Assembly (NCBI GenBank): GCA_963754875.1 | Contig: CAVWHO010000016.1 | Span: 128,001-192,000 of the forward strand | DNA from: Nitrospirota bacterium | GTDB lineage: Bacteria; Nitrospirota; UBA9217 | DNA: 64,000 bases | Direction: 5' to 3' | In this document: piece after piece, positions 1 through 11,156 of the stretch | Position numbering within the stretch: position 1 is the first letter of the stretch | Layout of the letters: each line of letters starts with the position of its first letter | The notes under the pieces: generated by a model | Database searches by the model: none | Told to the model about the DNA's origin: nothing | What the model saw: only the letters and a program-made list of their open reading frames with translations | Position numbers and translations under genes: made by a program

Positions 1-303
1 GGTCCTTACGATCATGAAGCAGTCGAACAAACCCTTGTCCGAGCTGGCGACGTGCATGAAGACCTATCCCCAGATCCTTGTGAACGTGAAAGGTAAAACA
101 ACGGCAGCGACCTCTTATCGATTCCCGAAATTTCGAAGCACATGGCCGAGATCGAGAAGAAGCTTGACGACACCGGACGTCTGCTCGTGCGGTACTCCGG
201 TACGGAACCCAAGGTCCGCGTCATGATCGAAGGAGAAAATCAGCAGGAGATCAAGGTGCTTGCCGAGGACCTGGCCGGGCTTATCAAGGAAAAGCTCGGC
301 TGA
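1..303 (+). CDS. glmM: Phosphoglucosamine mutase, 3' end (partial; two apparent 1-nt insertions at ~90-107)
   Basis: Joining frames gives ...PQILVNVK.VKQRQ.DLLSIPEISKHMAEIEKKLDDTGRLLVRYSGTEPKVRVMIEG...KLG*. RYSGTEP is the GlmM C-terminal motif. Confidence 0.9.
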
Positions 304-416
304 GAATCGGATCCAGGCTTAAAATGTAGATACCGTTTCGCGCGTCTCGTTGATAATGCGGATAGGGAATAGATGGGATACGTGTCATTCAGTACTCGCA
401 GGTTTCTACTCTCTCT

Positions 417-2949
417 ATGCACAAACCCGTCATCACTATCGCGCTCGCTTACCTCGCAGGCCTTCTGCTCGGGCACGGGTTTCTGTACTTCCCTCTTTCC
501 CATCAGCATCATTTTTGTTCTCAGCCTGCTGGCATTAGGCATTGCCACCTGGTCTCGTAAATGCACTCTCCGCCAGTATCTGATCCTCACCATCCCGGGT
601 GTCATCGGCATGGCAGCATATATCTATGCCGCAGCCTGGCTTCCTTCGGACCACTATACCCGGGTTTTCCAGCCTGACAGGAATGTCGCGGCTCATTACG
701 GGCATGGTCGCTTCGCCGCTCGATCGTAACCCGGGCCGAACTGCATTCGATTTGAGCCTGCTCGATATTGACGGAACCCGCGTCAGCGGCAGGGTCCGCG
801 TGAACGTACGCGAGGAACTGACGGCCTTGGGCTACGGCGACCGCATCCGCGTCTCCGGCATGCTGTCCGAACCGAGAGGGTCCAATAACCTGGGCGGCTT
901 TGATTACCCTGCATACCTGGCCCAGAACGGCATCTATTTCACGGTGAATGTAAAGAACGCCGAGAAAATCGACATCCTCAGCCGCGGCACGGGCATTTTC
1001 AGGACGATCCAGGACTGGCGCGAGCGAATCCGCCAGGCGTTCCTCGCGTCAACGACCGGTCAAGGCTCTGCCATCATCCAGGCCATGGTGCTGGGAGAAG
1101 AGGGCGGGCTGACGGACGAAGTGCGCGACCGGTTCATGGCAGCGGGGGTCACGCACATCATCTCCATCTCCGGGTCTCACCTCGGCATGGTGGCGGTCCT
1201 TTGCTTCGGCCTGATCAGGGGCCTGCTGTTCCTGATGCCGGAACGGCTTCTACCACCGTTTGACCCTCTTCACCGACCCGAAAAAAATTGCCGCATGGCT
1301 TACCTTGCCGCTCGTGATTTTTTACACGCTCCTCGCAGGCGGACAGGTCGCCACGGTCCGCTCGCTCGTCATGATAGCGGCCGGGCTGGCCGCGCTCATC
1401 CTGGACCGCGAACATGCGCTCATGCAGTCCCTCGCGCTTGCGGCCCTCCTCATCCTGGGAACAAACCCGCAGGCCATCTTCGACATCTCCTTCCAGCTTT
1501 CCTTTCTCTCGGTTTTCGTCATCGGCGCCGCTGTTGACCTCTGGAATGAACTGCAGATCGAGGCGAAGACTACGCCTGCAAAAAATCAGGAATACACTGG
1601 TTCTTCTCATCATCATTTCTCTGTCCACCAGCCTTGCGACAGGGCCGCTCGTGGCTCATTATTTCAACCAGATCTCGTTCGCCGGTCTCCTATCGAATAT
1701 CGTCGTGGTGCCGTTTGCCGGCATGGTCGTCGTGCCGCTGGGACTTTTCTCGGGCATTCTTTCCCTCTTTACCCATCATCTGCCCCTCGCCGGTCTTAAC
1801 CAAACCGTGGCCGACGTCTTTATCGCCGTCGTTGCCTTTTTCGCGGATTTCCCGTTCGCTGAATTTCATCCTCCTTCGCCCAACATTCTGTGGTTGATGT
1901 TTGCAGCAATCTTTCTTTTCTCTTTGTTTGGAGTAGTCAGAGCGTGGCTGCTTTTCCGGTTCAACCCTTTTGAAAACACGTCCCGGATATCAAGAGGTTC
2001 CCTGCTTGGGATGGCAATCGCAGGCGGTACCCTTCTCTTCCTCTCAGTACATGCCGCCCTGCCGAGCGGAAGAACGGAGGTCGCCTTTCCTGACGTCGGC
2101 CAGGGAGACTGCGCGCTCGTAGAACTGGCGACAGGCAAGAGGGTCCTGATAGATTCCGGCGGCACGCGCGACAACAGATTTGATATGGGGAGACACGTGG
2201 TGGCCCCGTATCTCTGGAATAGGGGTGTGTATAAGCTTGATCTTGTCGTGTTGTCTCATCCCCATCCGGACCATATGAACGGGCTCTTGTTTATTCTGAA
2301 GAAGTTCAGGGTGGGAGAGGTCTGGACCACAGGCCGTGATACAGAATTGCCCGGTTACGCCGAATTGTTACGCATTGCCGTAGAAAAAGGGATCGCCACA
2401 CACATTGTATCGGCTGACGACCCTCCGGTCATGCTCGGCGGAGCGGAACTACGTGTCCTCCATCCGGCCGCAACATTTAAGCCCCGGACGAAAAAAGCGT
2501 ACGATGCCGAGAACAACGATTCCCTGGTCCTGCGCATCGCTGATGATCAGAAAGTATTTTTATTTCCCGGGGACATCGGGGCGCCGGCGGAGAGCTACCT
2601 GGTACAGCATGCGTCCGGGCTTGCATGCGACCTGCTCAAGGTCCCGCACCATGGAAGCAAAAGTTCGAGCACCGAAGGCTTTGTTGCACTCAGCCGGCCG
2701 AAGATCGTTGTGGTGACCGTGGGCAGAGGCAACCTCTATCATCATCCCGCGGATGATGTCCTCGCGCGGTACGAGAGCATAGGGAGCCGGATCTTCCGGA
2801 CGGACAATGACGGCGAAGTCATGATAAGAAATCTCTCAGGCAAGCTCGAGGTAGAATCGTGGAACACGCTGGTTCTGAGAAAAATAGACTTGAGGCGATC
2901 GGGCGTCCTGGAGAGAGCGGGAACGAGGAGAACTGGAGGAGGCTGGTGA
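417..2949 (+). CDS. comEC: DNA internalization competence protein ComEC/Rec2 (split by ~4 apparent +1 frameshifts)
   Basis: NLGGFDY OB-domain motif, GVTHIISISGSHLG competence domain, SFQLSF, and metallo-beta-lactamase motifs DVGQGD, SHPHPDH, KVPHHGS spread over successive frames. Confidence 0.9.
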
Positions 2950-3859
2950 TCAGGACAGCGGGGACTTGATGGGATAGACCTTCAGAAAATTCAGAAACTC
3001 CTTGGCAGTATGGGTGCAGTAATTGCGCTTCGGCGAAATGATGCTGAAATTTCTATGGAACTTGACGTCCTTAAAGGTCAGTGCCTTGAGGGTGCCGTGC
3101 TTGAGCGCCGGGCGCGCCGCCCAGGCTGACACGATCGAGACGCCCATCCCCTCTTCCACGGCGCTTTTGATCGCTTCGATGCTGCCGAGTACAAGGGCTA
3201 TCTTGAGGTGGTCCAGCTTGATGCCGTGGTCTTCGAGGTGTTTCAGGATGATCTGGCGCGTGCCGGACCCCTCTTCCCGGAGAATGAGCGGTTCCTTGAT
3301 CAGGTCCATGCCCGGGAATGTTGCGGCGATCGGCCCAGGGGTGGGCAGGCGACACGATCACCACCAGTTCATCGGACAATAGTGTGTCGACGGTAAAGCG
3401 CTGTTTGCTCACGTCGCCTTCCACCAGGGCCATGTCGATCTCGCCTGCATTCAGTTTCTCGGTTATGATCTTCGTATTGTTTATGACCAGCGAAATATTG
3501 ACCTGGGGGACCTTTTTCTTGAAGGCGGCAATGATCGACGGGAGAAGATAGTTGCCGATCGTCATGCTGGCGCCGACGGAGAGCGAGCCTTTGATGGCGC
3601 CGGTGATCTCACTGATGTTTTTCTGAGCCTCGGCGTAAAGTGCGAGGATTTCTTTCGCCCGCTTATAGAGGATCTCGCCGGCCGGCGTCAGGTTGATGGT
3701 ATTCCCCGACCGGTCGAACAGCCGCGTCTCATACAGTTCTTCCATGGCTTGCACCTGCAAGCTCACAGCCGGCTGGGTCAGATGAATCAGCTCCGAAGCC
3801 TTGGAAAAGCTTTTGGTGTCTGCGACAGCGCAGAATACTCTCAGTTTATGGTCTTCCAT
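2950..3859 (-). CDS. LysR-family regulator, CysL-like (one apparent +1 frameshift at ~3310)
   Basis: N-terminal HTH SFSKASELIHLTQPAVSLQV. The C-terminal frame carries LILREEGSGTR and SIEAIKSAVEEGMG, typical of the CysL-like substrate-binding domain. Confidence 0.9.
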
Positions 3860-4101
3860 AATTTAACAAGATTGTTCGAACTAGTTATGTACTCCGATGA
3901 TGAGTTGCTATGAGAACAGCCCGGATGTGGCACTTCGTTTATTATTTATAAATCAAACCCCTAGCGAAGTCAAGGAGTTTATAGACGCGAGGCCGTGCGA
4001 GCCAGCGTGTAAAAAAGTGCAACGCTAAATTTAGCTTGACATTTTCCCCTGGATGGTTAAAATGCACAGGTTTTCCTGATATTAATGGAGGTGAAGTTAC
4101 C

Positions 4102-4275
4102 ATGGCAGAAATGAGCAAAACCGCAAAAGCAGCCACCAAGAAGGCTGTTGTCAATCTCAACGTGCCACAGTGCTGCGGCAAACCCATGCAGGCGGCGAAG
4201 ATGATGACGACGACCGGAAAGGTCCGCGGTATGATGTGGTTGTGTGACAAGTGTTGGAAAGAAAAGGCGATTTAG
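4102..4275 (+). CDS. Small Cys-rich zinc-ribbon-like protein (57 aa)
   Basis: GGAGGTG RBS, CCGKPM...CDKC motif, followed by a terminator. Confidence 0.7.
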   Translation: MAEMSKTAKAATKKAVVNLNVPQCCGKPMQAAKMMTTTGKVRGMMWLCDKCWKEKAI

Positions 4276-4302
4276 ACTAATCGTCGAATTTGAGGTTTAA
4301 TC

Positions 4303-4332
4303 AAGGCGGTGAGCATCTCACCGCCTTTTTTT
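4303..4332 (+). terminator. Rho-independent terminator
   Basis: aaggcggtgag-cat-ctcaccgcctt followed by a T-tract. Confidence 0.85.
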
Positions 4333-4725
4333 GCGCTAACTGGTTTCTTCCTGTTTTGAGCTTTGAACCGGCAATACTGCAAGCAGCGCCAGGTCGTGCT
4401 TCAGCACATCTCATGCTTCCATATCTTGATCTTGGCAAAGTCGTGCAACGCTCACTGGTGTGGTGATTCCTCGCCCGTACTTCGGACAATTCATTTCATT
4501 CTCCCTATTTCACGCTTCCGTCTTCGTCCCGGCCTGACCAGTTCAACAGATAAAGTTCTTCAGTCATATCATAAAGATCCGCCTCTTGTGAAGGCAGGAG
4601 TTCCCTGTTGCAAATACGTGCCGTTTGTGATATTTTAGGGTCGTTTCAAAAATGGCGACGAGCACCAGTATCCCGATTCGTGCATCATCAATTCATCCTG
4701 CCCCGAAGGAGCGTTACCGAAACCC

Positions 4726-5352
4726 ATGGCCCTTTTCCCGAAAAAAATAGACTTTTTTGAAATGTTCGACCGCGCCCTTGAAAATCTGACGCGGGCAGCA
4801 GACGTGCTCGTCGACATGTTCAGTAACTTCGAAAGTTTTGAAAAATTCGAAAAAAGGGCAAAATCGATCTACGAATTCGAGCAGGAAGGCGACATGCTCA
4901 CGCATGACATCATGAAGGAACTGAACAAAACGTTTCTCACGCCCATCGACCGCGAGGACATTCACGCATTAGCGTCCCGGATCGACGATGTGCTCGACCT
5001 GATCTGGGCCGCTGTGGACAGGATGGTCGTGTACCGGATCGACAAGCCTACAGCCGAGGTCATTTCCATAGCCGAAGATCTGCAGATGACGGCAGACGTT
5101 CTGAAGAAGTCACTCCGCGAACTCCGTACGAAACAGTACTCCCATGTGCAGGAACACTGCATCGAAGTCAACCGGCTCGAGAACAGGATCGACCGCAAGT
5201 ATCGCGACGCTCTCGGCAAACTACTGAACGACCACAGCGATCCCATCTATATCATCAAATGGAAGGACATCTACCAGCTCTTCGAAGACGCCTCGGACCG
5301 GGCGGAAGACATCGCCAACATCCTCGAAACCATAGTCCTCAAACATGCATGA
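4726..5352 (+). CDS. DUF47/PhoU-like phosphate transport regulator
   Basis: EQEGD, TFLTPIDREDI, LENRID and IIKWKDIY motifs; overlaps the pit start. Confidence 0.93.
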   Translation: MALFPKKIDFFEMFDRALENLTRAADVLVDMFSNFESFEKFEKRAKSIYEFEQEGDMLTHDIMKELNKTFLTPIDREDIHALASRIDDVLDLIWAAVDRMVVYRIDKPTAEVISIAEDLQMTADVLKKSLRELRTKQYSHVQEHCIEVNRLENRIDRKYRDALGKLLNDHSDPIYIIKWKDIYQLFEDASDRAEDIANILETIVLKHA

Positions 5353-6334
5353 AATCCTGGTTCTGATCATAGTTCTCGCGGTATTTTTCGATATCGCGAA
5401 TGGATGGCATGACAGTGCAAACGCCATCGCCACCGTCGTATCGACCAAGGTGCTCTCGCCAATGACGGCCGTAGTCATGGCCGCCGGCATGAACATCCTG
5501 GGCGCCTTCCTCTCGACTGCCGTGGCGAAAACCATCGGCTCGGGCATCGTCGACCCCCTGGCGGTCACGGACCTGGTAATCATCTCCGCGCTGCTTTCTG
5601 CCATACTGTGGAACCTCATAACGATCCTCATGGGCCTTCCCGTCAGTTCCTCACACGCACTCTTTGGTGGGCTCGCAGGAGCCGCCATGGCGCACGGCGG
5701 TGCCGGCATCCTGAACGGCGGCGGGATCATCAAGATCCTCACCTCGCTCCTCATCTCTCCAATCTTCGGGCTCGTGTTCGGCTATCTCTTCATGAAGCTG
5801 ATTCTGTATTTGTTCGGGCAGCTCTCTCCCGGCGTGATCAGCAAGTACTTCGGCAGACTCCAGATAGTATCCTCGGCATTCATGGCCTTCGGCCACGGCT
5901 CCAATGACGCACAGAAAGCCATGGGCATCATTACCATGGCCCTTATGAGTGGCGGCGTAATCACGACCCTCGACGTGCCGAAGTGGGTCATCCTGATCTG
6001 TGCCCTGGCCATGGGCTTCGGTACGCTCTTTGGTGGGTGGAAGATCATCAAGACCCTCGGCGTGAAAATGTTGAAACTCGAACCCATTCACGGGTTCGCT
6101 GCGGAAACGTCCTCGACGGCGATAATCATTGCAGCAAGCCATATCGGTATGCCGGTAAGCACCACCCATGTTGTTTCCGCGGCCATCCTCGGCGTCGGCG
6201 CAACAAAACGTCTCTCAGCCGTCCGCTGGGGCATCGCCGGTAAAATCGTCATGGCCTGGGTGCTTACGCTGCCGGCCTGCATCGCCATGGCCTGGGCCAT
6301 TCAGAAACTCCTGTCCTTTTACTACGCAGGGTAG
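5345..6334 (+). CDS. pit: Inorganic phosphate transporter, PiT family
   Basis: NGWHDSANAIAT and GHGSNDAQKAMG signatures; PVSSSH and PVSTTH. Confidence 0.95.
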   Translation: MHEILVLIIVLAVFFDIANGWHDSANAIATVVSTKVLSPMTAVVMAAGMNILGAFLSTAVAKTIGSGIVDPLAVTDLVIISALLSAILWNLITILMGLPVSSSHALFGGLAGAAMAHGGAGILNGGGIIKILTSLLISPIFGLVFGYLFMKLILYLFGQLSPGVISKYFGRLQIVSSAFMAFGHGSNDAQKAMGIITMALMSGGVITTLDVPKWVILICALAMGFGTLFGGWKIIKTLGVKMLKLEPIHGFAAETSSTAIIIAASHIGMPVSTTHVVSAAILGVGATKRLSAVRWGIAGKIVMAWVLTLPACIAMAWAIQKLLSFYYAG

Positions 6335-6498
6335 CACAAACAGTCCATGCCCTTTTTGCCTCCCTTGCAGAACGGGGTAAATCCTGACGCCTGTTCCGAG
6401 AATCCTTCCGGCCGATCCTCTAAAATCTACCCGTCATTTCCACGAATCGTTCGCCAATGGATTCACCTGTCAGGTAACCGCAAATATCTGCCGATACC

Positions 6499-6750
6499 AG
6501 CGGAGCCCCCCTCCGGCAGGAGCCGGAGGATTACAAGTCGCGGATTCACTTTATGATATGGTTTTGAATAACAGGCCTATCCTATCCACGGCAGTTGCAT
6601 GATTTTAAAATTGTAGAATACATCCGGAAGTTCTTATCGTCTGCCCATCCCGCGACTTGGCATCCCTCGGTTACCGCCGGGATTGCGTCGTAATCCGCGT
6701 GACGTCGCGTTGTTATAAGGAGCCGGAGGCTTCTGCCGGAAGGCTCCACT
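6499..6750. repeat. Nested imperfect inverted repeats (MITE- or ncRNA-like)
   Basis: 6499-6524 pairs with 6728-6750; caagtcgcg (6534-6542) pairs with cgcgacttg (6651-6659); ggagccggagg occurs twice as a direct repeat. Confidence 0.45.
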
Positions 6751-7112
6751 AGAATTCTTATCACCATTGTTGACAACATTTCGGAGCAAGCATAAAGTAG
6801 TTACAAAATATTGCAATAACGCACGTTAAACTCAATAAGTCAGAGTGAGGCTTGCGGGTTGCAGTTTCATCACCAGACAGGGTCTCGCGTTTTTAGGCTC
6901 ATAGCCGTCGTGATATAATAAGACCATCCCCTCTGTTGGCAATAGTTTTCAGAATGAGTATTCTAAGAAGCAATCGATACACTTTCCTTCAGGGGAAGCT
7001 GGAATTGACGGGTAGGTTTTTACTCGTACGACAAAGCCTATCACTATCTTATCCTCTCCTTGAAGAGGAGGAAACTGCTTTAAATTTTTTGGTCATCATT
7101 GAGGAGGCTTCT

Positions 7113-7535
7113 ATGCTAAGCAAGTTACTCATTGCATTTGACGGTTCCGAGCAGTCCTACAGGGCTTTTGACTTCGCCCTGAACATGTACCGGATCTGCG
7201 GCGCGTCTCCAGAGATTACCGTTCTCTCCGTGGCGCAGCCGCCCGAGCCTGAGGGCATGGTCAAGATGGGCTCCTTCTTTGAAAGTGCTAGCAAGCTCTA
7301 TGAGCATCTATTCAAGGGGCTTCGAGATAAAGCGAGCAAAGAAAACCTTGAAATACAAACTGAAGTCATCGTCGGCCATCCGGCGCATGAGATCATAAAA
7401 TACGCAACAGAGAGGAAAATCGACATAATCATTGTGGGTCAGCGAGGCAGGTCTAAAGTCGAGAAATGGCTGCTGGGTTCCGTGTCGAAGAGGATATCGA
7501 CGCATGCCCCGTGCACGGTTGCGATTGTGAAATAA
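7113..7535 (+). CDS. Universal stress protein
   Basis: KLLIAFDGSEQS...GHPAHEII...DIIIVGQRG...LLGSVS; GAGGAGG RBS before ATG 7113. Confidence 0.93.
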   Translation: MLSKLLIAFDGSEQSYRAFDFALNMYRICGASPEITVLSVAQPPEPEGMVKMGSFFESASKLYEHLFKGLRDKASKENLEIQTEVIVGHPAHEIIKYATERKIDIIIVGQRGRSKVEKWLLGSVSKRISTHAPCTVAIVK

Positions 7536-8214
7536 TTATTCAATTGAGCTCGCCATCGGATAAAAAATAAAAGTTCACTCGTAGTAGCTTTCCAATGGGT
7601 GCGCATTTTATTTTTCCGAAAATGCTCAGTTTGAGCTGGGGGGACGCCTTTCGCAATTTTCAGAATTATCTACGAGCATGACATCGTCTTTTCGCAGCTA
7701 TTGATCCGGATAATGAGATTAGAGGTCACTTTCATCTCAAACAAGCAGCATCAATGGTTATTTCCTCTCGCATCTTCGATGCTGCCTTAATTGCCCATCC
7801 ACGTGCTGGTTCCGTTATCGTAACAAAGTAGATACTGGCAACATCTATTCTCAGTGGTTGGAGAGGCAGAGCCATTCTTACTATAAAGTGGCGCTAAAAC
7901 GTCTGCTGGATAGTGTTCATGCCAAAAAATACCACTTTTGCCCTATTTACAATATATTCATCATCTGTTATTCATAGCTCATATAATCCAATCGCGTCGC
8001 TCAAGCCTTTTTTGCGAAAAATGGCAACCTCTTTTGTGAGGAGTGCATGAAGAAGGGATAAATAAACTTTCTGCAGAAAGGTGATGAAAATCGTCGGAAC
8101 AAAACTGAAAAAAGTTGAATGCGATCCCCAATATTGCTTTATGATACAGATCCATGACAAAAAAAAATCGTACAGATTACGATGCAGTATGCAAAGACGA
8201 GGTGGAGTTAAGAG

Positions 8215-8517
8215 GTGCTTTTTTTGAATCCAAGCGCTAGGGGTGTAAGCTCAGGGGCATCTACCATGACGACAAAAATAGCTTTACAAGTATCAATCTA
8301 TTCGCCGCGGCAGTGCGCCACCGACCTGGAAAAGGGCTTGATAATCAACGGAGAGACCGGCAGGATTGAACAGATAGGAGAGAAGAGCGATGCCATTGAA
8401 AAGCGCTTTTACACTGACGACTTATTGAAAAGAGCGGATGAGGTCATCGATGCTGTTACGATTGTTCATCGTCAGACCCATTTGTTGCCTTCCCCTGACC
8501 TGCCAAAGGTTGCTTAA
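8215..8517 (+). pseudogene. Possible remnant of a Gfo/Idh/MocA oxidoreductase N-terminus
   Basis: FYTDDLLK...IDAVTIV...TH resembles the Gfo/Idh Rossmann segment; short and degenerate. Confidence 0.3.
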
Positions 8518-9041
8518 ATACATCATTTACCCTCTCCGAAGCACTGCATCATACAAAAAGATGCCGACAAAAAAACGCATGAGGGACCCGGTAAAAAACT
8601 TCGGCCATTAGCTTCGTTTTCGAATTTCAACTGGTTCTGGATCTCCGATTAATCGGTCACAGTTGCACACTGGCACTGGGCTGCAGGTGCCCCGAGGAAC
8701 TGTTCGCGCCCATCGACTGCAGGACCGGCGTTTTTCCGTAAGGCCGTGTGGCGCTCGACGTTTCCTGATCGTCGGCAACCGCTTCCTCGTTTACGTGGCT
8801 GGAGTCTTGGGAAAGGTCCGGGAGCTGCTCCCGGTCCTGGTATCAGCGGGAAAGAAGGAGCACGAAGAACCGGGCCTGAACTGGTTCAGGCTCGTAGTCA
8901 TGGTGATGACAAGGAGGAGCGGAAAGCGCTGTAGGATTCCTTTGTAGCAAGGGGGAAAGAGCCGAAAACGCCCACCTCCACGTATTCAGCAAAAAGGAGA
9001 ATAATTTTTTATACGTAGGTGGGCGAAGCCTGTCCGAACGG

Positions 9042-9677
9042 TTACCGAGGCTTGATCGTCATTCTTGATATCTTTCTCACGTCCACTCCCCGGTACCTGC
9101 CTGATTTGAGCACCGCGATAAAGTTGGAAGCGGTCACGGTGTCTCCGAACTCCGTATAGCAGGAGCCCACCTCGGAGAACTGGTGAGCGTCGGAACCTCC
9201 CGTATAGGGGAGGTTCCGCATTTCCGCGGCCTCAACGGCCATCTCGTTATAAGTATGCATGTTGCATCCGTTATATCCCTCGAGTGCACAAATATTTCCC
9301 ACGCTCCTCACCAGATCCCCCAGACTATTTACCGTGCGATAGGGATGGGAAGGAATTACTACGCCGCCAGCCGCGTGAACAAGAGGAACAACTTCTTTTA
9401 TTGGCGCGTATTTCATCGACAGTCTGTCCGTGTCCACACCGAAAATCAGGCAGTGGCCTTCATGAGTGGAAAACTCCACTCCGCGGAGGATCAGGATCCG
9501 GTCTCCATAGTTCTCTTTCAGGACCTCGGCATGCTCCGATGCGGCGTACGAGTAGTGCTCGGTGAAAGCAACACCGTGCAGGCCGCGCTCGATGGCGCGA
9601 ATTATTATTTCTTCGGGCTCGGCATCGTTATCACCGCTGTATTTTGAGTGAACATGCAGGTCGATCTTAAATTTCAT
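9042..9677 (-). CDS. PHP-domain metal-dependent phosphoesterase
   Basis: DLHVHS, TEH, GVE, SHPYR and GGSDAH motifs. Confidence 0.92.
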   Translation of the reverse strand: MKFKIDLHVHSKYSGDNDAEPEEIIIRAIERGLHGVAFTEHYSYAASEHAEVLKENYGDRILILRGVEFSTHEGHCLIFGVDTDRLSMKYAPIKEVVPLVHAAGGVVIPSHPYRTVNSLGDLVRSVGNICALEGYNGCNMHTYNEMAVEAAEMRNLPYTGGSDAHQFSEVGSCYTEFGDTVTASNFIAVLKSGRYRGVDVRKISRMTIKPR

Positions 9678-9749
9678 AATCCTGATAATAACAGATGAAC
9701 TCGTACAGTAAAACTTGCAAATCCGTATTTTATCTGCGTGTATCCGCGG

Positions 9750-10436
9750 TTAATCATCCTTCTTTCCTTCCTTGCAGTTTCCGCCGCAGGCACAGGCAAA
9801 TGAACCTCCCCTCGCCTTCTCGAGGGCTTCTTTCCCTTCCCGGTAGCACAGGCCGCCGATGAGCAGCGCGCCGACAGAGTCGATTCCTCCGATGCCGGTG
9901 AGCTTATATCCAGTGCTGGCAATCAACAACACGACCGAAAGCTGCAGACATGCCCGCGTACACGCAGCATCGGCAAGGATCGCCTCGGAATTCAACTGTT
10001 TGCCAACACGCACCTTTGCCCGGATGAGCAGCCACATGGAGAAGAGAGAGAGGAGCGATATCACGATCCCCCAGAAAGTGCTCTCCGGCTTATGGCCGCG
10101 ATAGAGGTCCACGAGCGCCGTGCCTGCCAGTCCTAAGGTGAGGACGTAAAAGGCGCTGCCGGTGATTCTAAGCGCACTCTGCTCGAATTGGTCGGGACGT
10201 TCTCCGTCGTTTTGCCTGATCCTGCGGACCATGTGCCAGATGCCAATGCCTGAAACCACTTCCACGAAAGAATCAAGGCCAAACCCGAAAAGCGACATGC
10301 TTCCGTCCTCAAAACCAAATGCTACCGAGACCATTCCTTCGACGATATTGTAGAAGATTGTCACCAGCGCCAGGGCCGACGCCGCTGCATAGATTTTTTT
10401 GTTCTTCTGTACGAACTTGACGGATATCTCGGCCAT
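9750..10436 (-). CDS. Cation-efflux (CDF-like) membrane protein with Cys-rich tail
   Basis: YNIVEG, FGLDSFVEV and ILADA transmembrane motifs; C-terminal CACGGNC. Confidence 0.85.
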   Translation of the reverse strand: MAEISVKFVQKNKKIYAAASALALVTIFYNIVEGMVSVAFGFEDGSMSLFGFGLDSFVEVVSGIGIWHMVRRIRQNDGERPDQFEQSALRITGSAFYVLTLGLAGTALVDLYRGHKPESTFWGIVISLLSLFSMWLLIRAKVRVGKQLNSEAILADAACTRACLQLSVVLLIASTGYKLTGIGGIDSVGALLIGGLCYREGKEALEKARGGSFACACGGNCKEGKKDD

Positions 10437-10837
10437 TTTCTTTCCAGGGGTCTGCTTGAAAAATCTGCTTTTTATCCGGCTTTGGTCATGTTTTCAATAC
10501 CATGCCAGTGGCGTCTCAACTCATGTTCGCCATTATACAATTAATTATGTCATAAGAAAATAGATTTTGTCAAAACAATATACAGTTACTTTTTCAAAGA
10601 AGCCACAAGGTATTGCGTAGTGCTCTGACGGCTGTTTATTTTAAGAATAAAATTATAATTTTACGTTGATTTTATTTATATTTAGTGCTACAAAATGCCT
10701 ACATCGAAGCAAATTGGTCCGTCCTCTTGAATACGCCTAAAGATCATGAATGGCTTTACATTTTCACCATACCAGTAAGCCGGCATTACCGTTTGCGACA
10801 AAAGAGGCAATTGCTGCAGTTCAGTCCGGGGGGAAAG

Positions 10838-11092
10838 ATGCATGATATCGGCCGTATATTAAAAGAAAGACGTATGGCTTGTGGTCTCGAAATTGGCGAC
10901 GTGGCAAAAAGGACTTGTATCAGCGCCTATTACGTGAAAGCCATGGAAGAGGGACGCTTTCATATCATTCCGAAAGTGTTCGACAAGGGGTATCTGAAGA
11001 TCTACGCAAACCTCCTCGACATGGAAACGCAGCCGTTACTGACGCTGTATGAACAAAAGAAATGCGTCAAAACGGTTCACGCCGTGGCTTGA
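10838..11092 (+). CDS. Stand-alone XRE/RodZ-type helix-turn-helix protein
   Basis: IGRILKERR...VAKRTCI...AMEEG...KGYLKIYANLL matches the RodZ N-terminal HTH. Confidence 0.8.
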   Translation: MHDIGRILKERRMACGLEIGDVAKRTCISAYYVKAMEEGRFHIIPKVFDKGYLKIYANLLDMETQPLLTLYEQKKCVKTVHAVA

Positions 11093-11156
11093 CAGGCGCG
11101 TAACGTAACAGCATTTCCCCGCCGGGAGCCATCTACTCGTTCCCTGAACCGTCCAG

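Noticed and set aside
417..3859. comEC and lysR as true pseudogenes or programmed frameshifts
   Set aside because: Same +1 pattern as in glmM and purA, no slippery-site signature; an assembly artefact is more likely.
7638..7648. ggggacgcc matching the tRNA-Glu 3' end as a possible att site
   Set aside because: Only ~9-10 bp and in inverted orientation relative to the tRNA; att sites are direct repeats.
10492..10507. Sigma-54 promoter upstream of the cation transporter
   Set aside because: TGGCATG-N3-TTGAA is one base short of the strict -24/-12 spacing.
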